A stretch of 64,000 nt of DNA, taken from Candidatus Heimdallarchaeum aukensis (GTDB lineage: Archaea; Asgardarchaeota; Heimdallarchaeia; Heimdallarchaeales; Heimdallarchaeaceae). Below are positions 1 through 9,023 of the stretch, in pieces. A program made the position numbers and the translations under genes. The stretch's first letter is position 1. Each line of letters starts with the position of its first letter. The DNA lies in contig CP084166.1 of the NCBI GenBank assembly GCA_021513695.1, positions 640,001-704,000 of the forward strand. Direction: 5' to 3'. The notes beneath the pieces are model-generated. The model was not told the DNA's origin. It did no database searches and saw nothing but the letters and a program-made list of their open reading frames with translations.

Positions 1-1
1 C

Positions 2-745
2 GATGAAGGAATTGAGAGCATAAAAAAACAAACTAGTAAATTTCAATCTAACATCACAAATAGAGCTTTCTCTCTTCTTCCATTTGTTAAAGAACAAGAT
101 ATTTCTGTTTTCATCACTGTTTTTGATATTGATGCAAGAGGAGTAAAAGGTAATAACATTGTAATTGACCCTGTTTTTTGTTCTCATACAGAAAGCTTTG
201 CAGCAATTTTAGCTCATGAATTACACCATGTTTACAGAAACAAACTTCTTTGCTTTGATTCATCAAAAATAAAAGATGAAGATAAAGAACTTATATGGTT
301 ATTGGATCAACTTCAAGGAGAAGGAGTAGCAGACCAAATAGACAAAGAATATTTTATTTTTTCAAAAGAAAAAACCGTTTTTCCTAATGAATATGTGACA
401 CAGTTTACACATGCTTTTAACTCAGCACGAGAAACAATTTCTTTAATCAATAATTATATCGAAAAAGTTTCTACAGCAGATAACTCTAACGAAAAGAGAG
501 AGATATTGAAAGAAATGCGTGGTAAAATTCCTTTAGGAGGACATCCTACAGGTTTTTACATGACAATGATTATTATTAAAGAAATGCTTTATGATAATCT
601 AATCAAAGATGTAGGTAACCCTTTTGCATTTATCAGGCTTTATAACCAAGCAGCTTCTAGAGATAGAGAACCTTTGCCTATTTTTTCTAACAAGTCTCTA
701 GAATACCTTAACAAGCTAGAAGAAGAATACTGCATAAAAACTTGA
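2..745 (+). CDS. Putative zinc-dependent peptidase-like protein with a HExxH motif, truncated at the 5' end (the frame is open from the window edge)
   Basis: The frame is open from nt 2 through the listed ORF 302..745. It contains the motif AHELHH (HExxH) upstream of the TTG at 302. No further homology could be established by eye. Confidence 0.45.
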   Translation, partial: DEGIESIKKQTSKFQSNITNRAFSLLPFVKEQDISVFITVFDIDARGVKGNNIVIDPVFCSHTESFAAILAHELHHVYRNKLLCFDSSKIKDEDKELIWLLDQLQGEGVADQIDKEYFIFSKEKTVFPNEYVTQFTHAFNSARETISLINNYIEKVSTADNSNEKREILKEMRGKIPLGGHPTGFYMTMIIIKEMLYDNLIKDVGNPFAFIRLYNQAASRDREPLPIFSNKSLEYLNKLEEEYCIKT

Positions 746-825
746 ACTATCGATATTTTCTTTTTTATTATACAATAAAGAGTAAAAAGAATAGGTTTTT
801 ATTTTGCTATTGTTTTTTATTTTCA

Positions 826-1389
826 ATGAGTTCTAAAGACACAAATGATGTTTTATCAAAGCTTGTTGATAATTTTTTAAGTAAAGTTGGAGATGAGAAT
901 CCACTTGATTTAGTAAACTATTTACTCAACAATGGTAAAAAAGAAGGTTCATTTAACTTAGATCTAGCAAGAAACTTCTTACATATACTAGAGAAACACT
1001 CTAAAAAAGATATGAATAGCGCTTGGAAATTGGCGCTAAAACTTGCCCAATTCCCTTTTGAAAAAATACCAGATGAGAGTAAAGATAATTATGATTTCAT
1101 CATTTTCTTGGGTACATGGAGTTTGGGTTTGATTGCAGGGTTAAATCCAGCTTACTTAGAATTGGCTACTCCTATAATTCAATCTCTAGCCAATGACCCA
1201 AAAACAAAAAAGGCAATCAAACAAGCAAAAAAGGGTATAAATCGTGCAATTGCTAATACAAAAGAAGAAAAAGAGAAAGTACTTCTGAAAACAAAAGAAA
1301 TTATTGACAAATTAAGTTTTCAGGAAAAAATAGAAGATAAAACAAATAAGTTTATTTCTAGATTTAAGAAAAAAGAAAAGAAAAAATAA
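826..1389 (+). CDS. Hypothetical lysine-rich protein
   Basis: ORF 742..1389. The first ATG is at 826 (MSSKDTNDV...). It has an amphipathic, K-rich C-terminus and no recognisable motif. Confidence 0.4.
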   Translation: MSSKDTNDVLSKLVDNFLSKVGDENPLDLVNYLLNNGKKEGSFNLDLARNFLHILEKHSKKDMNSAWKLALKLAQFPFEKIPDESKDNYDFIIFLGTWSLGLIAGLNPAYLELATPIIQSLANDPKTKKAIKQAKKGINRAIANTKEEKEKVLLKTKEIIDKLSFQEKIEDKTNKFISRFKKKEKKK

Positions 1390-1433
1390 TTGAGAATAGA
1401 TAATTGAATAACTTAAAAACTAGTTATACTATA

Positions 1434-4400
1434 TCATTTTTTTATTTCTAAATAGCCTAAATTGTAAAGAATTTGGAGATAAGATAGAGTTTTTCCTCTT
1501 TCTATGTCATCTTCAATTTTATTAATTAACTCTTCAATGAGGAAAAAGTCATTTTTATTCAGATATTTTTCTAGTTGTTTTTCTAAATACTTGCTTTGCT
1601 TAATTTTTTTAGAATCTCTAACTTTTATGGGGTTCTTCATCCATAAGTAAAGAAATGAGTTACATTTTTCTATAATTTCCTCCTTTTTACCATTAAATAC
1701 AGATGGATCCCCATTCCAACCTTCCGCATAGCTGTGAAAATTAGCTTCAAACCAAAGAATAATTGATTGAATGCTTAAATCTATGTCTAAAGTAATATCA
1801 GTTTCTGAAAACACATAAATCACAAAATGATCAGTTCGTGCGCTAGTCACTACAAAATTTTGATATTGAATCTTTCTTATATCTCCGGAACCTTTCTCTG
1901 TTAATTCATTTCCTATTGAAGAAATTGCTTGAAAGAAGCCTGATATAAGTGTTGAATCTCTTTGGAAGTCTGAACCCAAATCCACTTCAAAAATAGAAAT
2001 GGATGTTTCTTGATGGACAATTATTATCTTTTTTATTGAGTTAATCTTTAAATAATCATTATATGTAGAAATGTAAAATTCATTTGCTTTTCTTTTCCTA
2101 ATAACAAGCAAATAGAAAATTAGGAAAGCAATAGAAGAGGTTAGAATTGGTAAAATTATAAATAATAACATTTTTACTAAAAATAAATATGGATCTTTCC
2201 CATTTGGTGAATTAGGATTTGTAGGAGAGGGGGGAGATGTAGGAGTAACAGGATTAACAATTAGTTTAAAACCTAAAGTGATTTCAGAAGAGGAGGTATT
2301 AAGTTTAAAGTTTTCTTTTGTAATTTCTAAATCTAGAGAAAAGTTCCCTGATTGTATTCCTAATTTTGAGATATTTAAGGAAATATTTGTGTATTCATCA
2401 GTATTGATTACATTATAATATTCTGATAAGACTGTAATTCCATTCATTTTAATCTTTATATTTTCGCTAAATATAGGAATGATATTTTTATCATTGTCAG
2501 TTTCATTTGTAATCCTAAATGAAATATTTGCTATCAAATTCTGTTCTAATACAAACTCATTTTCTAAAGGATATAAGAGAGAGAAACCCATTTTGAAAAA
2601 GATTCTTAAGTAAATTGTCTTTGATTGATTATGATAATAAGAACTATTAAAAATAATGTCTATTGACTGAATTCCTACAGGAGAACTCAGAGAAACATTG
2701 GTGAAATAATAGTCTCCTAAATAAGAAAATTCTCCATTCGTCTTCCAGCTTGTATTAAACAGAATCTTTTCATTACTGATATATGTGAAAGAATAATTTG
2801 AATTCAGATTAGAAAGAGAGTAAATCCAACTTCTTATTGATAATTTCTCTCCACTAAATCGTTCCACAAGTGTTTCATTTGTCCAATTATCAGAAAAAGA
2901 TTCTACTTGCCATATAGTTTCAAGTCTTGCATAAGCTTTAACCTCTACACTTTTAGTTAGAAAACCAACTTCAGTCCCATTTTTCCAGTAAACAAAGATA
3001 GTCCATTCTCCAGGTGTATCAGAATTTTCAAATGAAGGATCGAGAGTAATATTTGTATAGAATTGATTATTCGATGAATCTAAACTACCAATAGTTGTAT
3101 AGCTAGAATTGTCAATATATTTTAATAAAGAAGAGATATTTGCTTTTATTGGGCTAATTTCTCCGTTTGGATTAAATAATGTAAAATTGATTATTCCAGA
3201 GCTTTCATTGTTTAACAAACTAGTGGAAAGATCTAGTTTAGAACCTTCATAACCATAAAAGTAATTATCTCCTTTTATCCAATATCCGAGATTGATTTCA
3301 TTTTGATCACTAGAAAAAACAGTAAGGCTGGTAACATAGTTAGGACTAGTTGTTTGTAAAGTAAAGTTACAAGCTTCTAAAGAATTATTAAGTTGAAGTC
3401 TATAGATATTATTTAATTTTAAGGTTGAGAGAGAGAAAGTTTTATTCATAACAGTTCGAGCATCATTAACAGACCAATCTTCTTGTGAAAAAATATCGAT
3501 TACTCTCTCGAATAGGAAGTAGGAAGTCACATTTGCTGAAGGCAGTTCCCAAAATATTTCCCAGTTAATTTCTCTTTCAGTAGTTTCATTACTTACACTA
3601 TAGAAAGAAATAGCATCCATGTCTCTGTAAAAAAGATAAGTGTTATTTATCTCTAAAATAATTGAAGTATTTGCTGTGACTACTTGAACACCAGAATTAG
3701 AAAGAGGGCTATTAAAAGATAAAATTTGTTCTCCATTAACTTGTAAATATAGTTCAAGAGGATTATTGAATAAAAGGTTATTTCCATTTTCGTCTGTTGG
3801 ACATATATCCACTATCAAAGACAAATCAAAAGAAGCTACAAATGGTTGCCAACCTCCGCTTTCTTCAAAATAAAAAGTTTTTCCATCATCAGAAGCCTTT
3901 CTTCCTCTCCAGATGAAAGAACTATCGCTACTATTGTCTATAATTGATAAATTAGCAACTAAAAAATATTGGCCTTTCTCTAATACTGTGGGGTTAAATT
4001 CATAATATGAAAAACTTCCTCCTAATAAGTTGTAATTTGATTCATTAAAAGGATTAGACAAAGCTTCAGTAAGAATATGATTCATATCAGGATATCCTGT
4101 CTGATTAGCCTTAACAACAAATAGATCAAGAGAATTATTTCCTAATCCTGTACCATAATCTACTTCTAAACTTATATTTATTCCATAAAACATTGCGTGA
4201 TCCCAAAAAATTTCAAATTCTTGAGCAAGCCCTATATAATCGAAATAAGAGATTGTACCATCAGTTTTCAAGTCGTCTCCCTCTATTACGTAGAAGTCTC
4301 TAATCCCTTCTATTTTTTCAATCATTAGTGTTAGGTCTTCATTAGGAAAATCGGATATTGGTTCGATAACAAAACTATTAGATCGTGAATTAGCTAAATC

Positions 4401-4667
4401 TAAAGTAAGATTCTCATATTGAGAAGTGATTATTGTGTCATAAACTGACAAATTTTTGCCTTTATCTGAAATAGAATTTATCTGAATATTATTTATAAAG
4501 ACAAGGTTTTCATCTATGTTTGTGGGTGAATAGTCTGTTTTGGGAGTAAAATTATTTTCTTTCATCTTTGAATTGAAAAAGTTTCCTTTTAAGGTAGAAA
4601 AAGGTAAAAGTATGGCAATAATAAAGAACACAATAAATAATACTTTTTTCCTTTTTACACCTTGCAA
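1434..4667 (-). CDS. Giant cell-surface glycoprotein (S-layer or adhesin-like). It has a signal peptide, an extracellular region of about 780 aa with more than 30 N-glycosylation sequons, a Pro/Thr/Ser linker, a transmembrane helix, and a cytoplasmic domain of about 250 aa that resembles Roadblock/LC7
   Basis: Signal/anchor: MQGVKRKKVLFIVFFIIAILLPFSTLKG. NxS/T sequons are dense throughout. Linker: PVTPTSPPSPTNPNSPNG. Transmembrane helix: LFLVKMLLFIILPILTSSIAFLIFYLLVIRKRK. The cytoplasmic segment KKIIIVHQETSISIFEVDLGSDFQRDSTLISGFFQAISSIGNELTEKGSGDIRKIQYQNFVVTSARTDHFVIYVFSE has a Roadblock/LC7-like alpha-beta pattern. Confidence 0.75.
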   Translation of the reverse strand: MQGVKRKKVLFIVFFIIAILLPFSTLKGNFFNSKMKENNFTPKTDYSPTNIDENLVFINNIQINSISDKGKNLSVYDTIITSQYENLTLDLANSRSNSFVIEPISDFPNEDLTLMIEKIEGIRDFYVIEGDDLKTDGTISYFDYIGLAQEFEIFWDHAMFYGINISLEVDYGTGLGNNSLDLFVVKANQTGYPDMNHILTEALSNPFNESNYNLLGGSFSYYEFNPTVLEKGQYFLVANLSIIDNSSDSSFIWRGRKASDDGKTFYFEESGGWQPFVASFDLSLIVDICPTDENGNNLLFNNPLELYLQVNGEQILSFNSPLSNSGVQVVTANTSIILEINNTYLFYRDMDAISFYSVSNETTEREINWEIFWELPSANVTSYFLFERVIDIFSQEDWSVNDARTVMNKTFSLSTLKLNNIYRLQLNNSLEACNFTLQTTSPNYVTSLTVFSSDQNEINLGYWIKGDNYFYGYEGSKLDLSTSLLNNESSGIINFTLFNPNGEISPIKANISSLLKYIDNSSYTTIGSLDSSNNQFYTNITLDPSFENSDTPGEWTIFVYWKNGTEVGFLTKSVEVKAYARLETIWQVESFSDNWTNETLVERFSGEKLSIRSWIYSLSNLNSNYSFTYISNEKILFNTSWKTNGEFSYLGDYYFTNVSLSSPVGIQSIDIIFNSSYYHNQSKTIYLRIFFKMGFSLLYPLENEFVLEQNLIANISFRITNETDNDKNIIPIFSENIKIKMNGITVLSEYYNVINTDEYTNISLNISKLGIQSGNFSLDLEITKENFKLNTSSSEITLGFKLIVNPVTPTSPPSPTNPNSPNGKDPYLFLVKMLLFIILPILTSSIAFLIFYLLVIRKRKANEFYISTYNDYLKINSIKKIIIVHQETSISIFEVDLGSDFQRDSTLISGFFQAISSIGNELTEKGSGDIRKIQYQNFVVTSARTDHFVIYVFSETDITLDIDLSIQSIILWFEANFHSYAEGWNGDPSVFNGKKEEIIEKCNSFLYLWMKNPIKVRDSKKIKQSKYLEKQLEKYLNKNDFFLIEELINKIEDDIERGKTLSYLQILYNLGYLEIKK

Positions 4668-4811
4668 TAAGAAGTCCTCTTTCTAATTTTATTGAGAGTT
4701 TTTTTTTCATTTTACTTAAATATTTTGTATAAATTAAAGTAATTAAAATTCTCTTTAAATAAAAAAAAGCAAAAAGAAAAAACATGATTAAGAAAGAAGT
4801 AAAAAATGAAT

Positions 4812-5975
4812 TCACAATAACCTTTCTTTTAATCTAAAAATAGCTTCTTCTAATGTCTCAATTTTTTGCGAGAAAGAAAATCTAACATAGTTACAGACTA
4901 TATTTTCATCATTTTCGGTGTGATAAAAACTTGAGCCTGGAACTACAGCAACACCTTTGTTTTTTACTAAGAAATCAGCAAAATCTGTGTCTCTCGTTTT
5001 AAAATTACTAATATCTGAAAACATATAATATGCGCCTTTAGGAATAATGGTTTTGAAACCTAGCTCATTTAATGATTTACTCAAGTAGTCTCTATTTTTT
5101 TGATATCTTTTTACTAGTTGGGAGAAATAGTCATCTTTAAGATCAAATGCTTTAATAGCAGCTTCTTGTAAAATTGAAGGAGCACAAACAGTCAGATAAT
5201 CGTGAACTTTTCTTATTCCTTTCATTAGTTTCTTTTCTGCAGCTACATAACCTATTCTCCATCCTGTAATTGAAAAAGTCTTACTAAAACCACTTATTGT
5301 TATTGTTCTTTCCTCCATCCCGGGAATACTTCCGAGACTTATGTGTTTTTCACCATCGTAGATGATATATTCGTAAATTTCATCTGTAATGGCGATAATA
5401 TCGTTATCTATACAAATGTCTGCAATAAGTTTCATTTCTTTAGAAGAAAATACTTTTCCTGAAGGATTATGGGGAGAATTGACAATTATAGCTTTAGTTT
5501 TTTTAGTTATTTCTTCTTTTAGTTTCTCTTCATCTATCGAAAAATCTTCTTGTTTCAATTGAACATATTTAGGTACTCCTTCTGCAATGTGTGTAATAGG
5601 AGTATAATTTTCGTACCAAGGTTCAAAAATAATCACTTCATCTGCAGGATTAAGAATAGAAAGAATACTACTACTTATTCCTTCACTAGCCCCACAACAA
5701 ACTGTTATTTCATCTTCGGGATCAACCTCTATTCCATTGTATCCTCTCAATTTTTCACTGATTTTCTCTCTTAAATTATAATTACCATAAGTTATAGAAT
5801 ACTGATGTTCTTTTTTTTCAATAGCTTCTATTATACCTTCAATAAGCTCTTGAGGGGGTTCAAAATCAGGCATGCCTTGAGAGAGGTTAATTGCTTGGTT
5901 GACTATAGCCTTTCTAGTCATTTCACGGATAGTGCTCTCTTCAAAACCTTCAAGTTTTTTGGCAAATTTAAGCAT
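4812..5975 (-). CDS. PLP-dependent aminotransferase, class I (aspartate/aromatic aminotransferase family)
   Basis: Motifs NSPHNPSGKVFS and SFSKTFSITGWRIGY (PLP-binding lysine). The protein is 387 aa. Confidence 0.9.
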   Translation of the reverse strand: MLKFAKKLEGFEESTIREMTRKAIVNQAINLSQGMPDFEPPQELIEGIIEAIEKKEHQYSITYGNYNLREKISEKLRGYNGIEVDPEDEITVCCGASEGISSSILSILNPADEVIIFEPWYENYTPITHIAEGVPKYVQLKQEDFSIDEEKLKEEITKKTKAIIVNSPHNPSGKVFSSKEMKLIADICIDNDIIAITDEIYEYIIYDGEKHISLGSIPGMEERTITISGFSKTFSITGWRIGYVAAEKKLMKGIRKVHDYLTVCAPSILQEAAIKAFDLKDDYFSQLVKRYQKNRDYLSKSLNELGFKTIIPKGAYYMFSDISNFKTRDTDFADFLVKNKGVAVVPGSSFYHTENDENIVCNYVRFSFSQKIETLEEAIFRLKERLL

Positions 5976-6047
5976 GAACTCTTTTAGTGCTAATTTATTA
6001 AAACTCTTTTCTTAGTTTTTAAAAAGTAATAGTAATAGTAAAAAAGT

Positions 6048-6953
6048 TCAGTCAGTAATGGTAATAAACTCAATTTTCTCAATATTTAGGAATCCAAGTT
6101 GAGATAATTCATTTACAATTGTGATAAAATCCTCAAAAGATATATTTTTTGCTAATTTCTGTTGATATACATCAAGTAAGGTTTTATGTTGATTACCAAT
6201 ACAATGAGTGATTATTTTTTCATAATTTGAAAAATTCTTAAAAGTTAATGTATCAATGATATTGTTCCATTGTCTTCTAAAAACAGAATAAAATTTCAGT
6301 GTTGAATGAGGATAAGCACTTTTAGCATGAAGTATTAAATCTAATTCTAAAATTTCATCAGTTGAAGGATTTTTTTCTAAATTGGGGTCTAAATATAAGA
6401 TTAGGTAAGAAAGCATTTCTTCATCTAGAAGAATAATTGCTTCCAAGATTGAAGCTAGTTTAGATAACCATTCTTTAGCTCTCTCTAATTCTATTTGTTT
6501 ATTTATTTGAGCTTTAATATCAATGTAACCAAGTTCTGAATTTGATTCTACTTCTACACCTTGACTTCCATCTAAAACAAATTTCGATTGTCTTAATCTA
6601 TCATTTATTTCAATTGTTTTTAGGTTCTTTCCTTTAAAACTCTTTAATTTAGAAATTTTTTTAGTAGAGAGATCAACTTTTTGTGGAGTTGGAATATTAA
6701 AAGAGGTTATTTGTTCAGTTCTTGCATCAGTGCCTAGTTTAACTGGAACTTGTGATCTTACAGTCAGACTTTTATCAACATATAAAATAATAGCATTTAA
6801 TTTTGAATCAGCACAGTTGTGCAAGTCTACATATTCTGTATATCCTTTAGAATCTACCTCAGAATGAAGAGTAGGATCAACGTAAATTACTCTTGTTTTT
6901 CGGCAGAGGTTGCACTCATATTCAATTTTTACTTTTTTATTATGAATAGTCAA
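6048..6953 (-). CDS. Hypothetical protein with an N-terminal Cys/His zinc-ribbon-like motif
   Basis: The motif CNLCRK...HNC lies near the N-terminus. No other recognisable domain was found. Confidence 0.55.
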   Translation of the reverse strand: MTIHNKKVKIEYECNLCRKTRVIYVDPTLHSEVDSKGYTEYVDLHNCADSKLNAIILYVDKSLTVRSQVPVKLGTDARTEQITSFNIPTPQKVDLSTKKISKLKSFKGKNLKTIEINDRLRQSKFVLDGSQGVEVESNSELGYIDIKAQINKQIELERAKEWLSKLASILEAIILLDEEMLSYLILYLDPNLEKNPSTDEILELDLILHAKSAYPHSTLKFYSVFRRQWNNIIDTLTFKNFSNYEKIITHCIGNQHKTLLDVYQQKLAKNISFEDFITIVNELSQLGFLNIEKIEFITITD

Positions 6954-7051
6954 ATATATCCAAACCCCAGTGTATATTAAATCTATCTTTCAAAAAGATT
7001 TTATAAATCTTACTAGAGATTCTGAAAGTCCTAACGTGTAACTTTTTTCAA

Positions 7052-7930
7052 CTATAATTTACGAACAGTATTTTTTGTTATCTTTTCTTCTATGAAATTT
7101 ACAAGCAATTTTTCTAACTCTTTTCTTTTTTTTGCCAAAACAAAAACTCCGTTTCCTAGCATTATCTGACCTACATATAATTCAGAATAATCTTTGGATT
7201 GTTCTACTATCTCTTTTACTTTTGCTGTTTCCAAACCACATTTTTCAGTAAAGAATTGTATGTTCTTGGCAAAGACTGAAACAGAAGGATTTGCATATAA
7301 TTTGGACAGAACTTTTTTTCCAGCATTGATAATATTTTTCTTTTTTTCAGCATTTCGTATTATATCTTTAGTTTTTAGAGGACCAAAAGCTTTAGTAGCA
7401 ATAATATATTTCTCATCTTCAATCAAAGGTTCTGTTATTCCTATTCCCGGAGCTCCTTCTTTTCTTCGTAGCTCCCACCCAGCTTGATAAAGACCTATTA
7501 TATCTCCCAACCCTCCTCCTTCTTCTACTTCTGCAATGTGAGCTATCTGGAATATTTTTTCTTTAGATAAACCTAGATCGAAGAAATCATTTAAACAAAA
7601 AGATAAACTTAAAGCTCCTGCTGCACTTGCTCCAAATCCAGAAGAAAGGGGAACTTCAAAGGTATGAAACACATTTATATCTAGAAACTGTTTTTCTACT
7701 TTTAATAACTTGGCGAACTGAGTAAGTACATTTTCACTTACTTTTGCATCTTTTTTTTCAACTTCATCAAAATAAACATGATTTCCATCTTCTGAATGCT
7801 CAACTTCAGTTATTATTCCACGATTTATTGAAAAACCTGCTCCCTTCGACCCTACATATAAAGGGTTAGTTTGTTCATCACATATTTCAAATATTCCCGT
7901 AATATGTCCAGCTACCCAGTATTTTACCAA
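7052..7930 (-). CDS. GHMP-family kinase, probably archaeal pantoate kinase (coenzyme A biosynthesis)
   Basis: GHMP ATP-binding motif PLSSGFGASAAGALSLS. N-terminal VAGHITGIF resembles the PGHITGFF start of archaeal pantoate kinases (COG1829). The protein is 292 aa and lies directly downstream of a ketopantoate reductase homolog. Confidence 0.7.
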   Translation of the reverse strand: MVKYWVAGHITGIFEICDEQTNPLYVGSKGAGFSINRGIITEVEHSEDGNHVYFDEVEKKDAKVSENVLTQFAKLLKVEKQFLDINVFHTFEVPLSSGFGASAAGALSLSFCLNDFFDLGLSKEKIFQIAHIAEVEEGGGLGDIIGLYQAGWELRRKEGAPGIGITEPLIEDEKYIIATKAFGPLKTKDIIRNAEKKKNIINAGKKVLSKLYANPSVSVFAKNIQFFTEKCGLETAKVKEIVEQSKDYSELYVGQIMLGNGVFVLAKKRKELEKLLVNFIEEKITKNTVRKL

Positions 7931-7969
7931 ATCCTATCAGTCCCTAATTATTGTATTTTCTTTAATTGC

Positions 7970-8977
7970 TTATAATTTTACTACCGATTGAATAGCCTTC
8001 AATTCTATAGTTGCTTGTTCTCTTGTTGTTTTCTTCGATTCCAGCTCAATTATTAAGTTTACTAAATAGTTATTCAGAGGTAAAGTTAATCCTAGATTTT
8101 GTCCTAAACGAATTATTGCCCCATTTATACTATCAATCTCTGTTTTTACCCCCTTATTGATATCTTGAAGCATACTGCAATAGTTTGCAGAAGTTACATT
8201 AATTACTTCAAGAACTTTCTTGTAAGCTTCTTCGAAAGATATTTCAACAAATTCTTGTGCGACAGGAAGAATCTCTTTTATTAACCCTTTAACAACCTTT
8301 AACAAAAATTCATTTTCTTTTATTTTTCCATTTCTAATTCCTAAAATTGCTCCAATGGGGTTTATACATGAATTAACAATAGCTTTCATCCATACATCTT
8401 TTTGGATATTTTTTGATATTTCACATTCTAACCCTGATTTGCTTAATATCTCTTTCCAAAGAAGTATATTTGTTTGATCAGAATGATTAACAGGTCCAAT
8501 AAAAGTTTGACCTTTGGCTGTTTCTTCAATTATATTACCATCTTTTCTGTTTGAACCTATAGAAGAAACGGCTCTAGTAATTTTCCATTTAGGATTAGCT
8601 TTAACGTAAAATTTTTCATTTTCTAGTCCATTTTGAAAAATAAGAATAGAAGCATTTTCTAACAATACTTCTGCTAAATATGGAGCAAGAATTTTATTAT
8701 TATAACTTTTTGTGGCTACAATACACTTTGAAATTTTTCCTTTAAACTTTTCAGGCAAATTAGAAAAAACAGTAGGATAATAACGTTTTGGTGCAATGTT
8801 TTCTGATAGTTTCACTGATATTCCTTTTTCTAGTGCAAGTTGAGTTCCTCTTTCTGAAGTTAGACTAATACATTTGAAAATACCTAAAGAATCAATCCGT
8901 ACATAAAGAACGCTTCCGATTGCTCCAAGTCCTGCAACTAAAAGTAAAGGTTTGTTACTCACAGATATATAATTCAA
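7970..8977 (-). CDS. panE: 2-dehydropantoate 2-reductase (ketopantoate reductase, ApbA/PanE family)
   Basis: N-terminal Rossmann motif LLVAGLGAIGSVL. ApbA C-terminal-like motif NSCINPIGAILG. The protein is 335 aa. Confidence 0.75.
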   Translation of the reverse strand: MNYISVSNKPLLLVAGLGAIGSVLYVRIDSLGIFKCISLTSERGTQLALEKGISVKLSENIAPKRYYPTVFSNLPEKFKGKISKCIVATKSYNNKILAPYLAEVLLENASILIFQNGLENEKFYVKANPKWKITRAVSSIGSNRKDGNIIEETAKGQTFIGPVNHSDQTNILLWKEILSKSGLECEISKNIQKDVWMKAIVNSCINPIGAILGIRNGKIKENEFLLKVVKGLIKEILPVAQEFVEISFEEAYKKVLEVINVTSANYCSMLQDINKGVKTEIDSINGAIIRLGQNLGLTLPLNNYLVNLIIELESKKTTREQATIELKAIQSVVKL

Positions 8978-9023
8978 TACATAATAAAAAATTTTTATTT
9001 AGATACTAAATATTAGTGAGAGA

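Noticed and set aside
1434-2300. A possible PGF-CTERM/archaeosortase sorting signal on the surface protein
   Set aside because: The Pro/Thr stalk plus transmembrane helix is followed by a cytoplasmic domain of about 250 aa rather than a short basic tail, so it is not a C-terminal sorting signal.
4552-4815. An 87-aa minus-strand ORF overlapping the N-terminus of the giant surface protein and the aminotransferase stop
   Set aside because: It overlaps the start of a well-supported long gene in another frame and is low-complexity, Phe/Lys-rich and AT-driven. It is probably spurious.
7194-7487. Antisense ORFs of 60-100 aa inside longer genes (for example 7194..7487, 5550..5774, 10304..10552, 17806..18108, 20603..21030, 26477..26758, 28151..28411, 42268..42522, 46137..46382, 49247..49957, 51004..51264, 52110..53222, 56357..56728, 58123..58831)
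   Set aside because: Each lies within a longer gene with recognisable conserved motifs on the opposite strand or in another frame. Their compositions are typical of AT-rich shadow ORFs.
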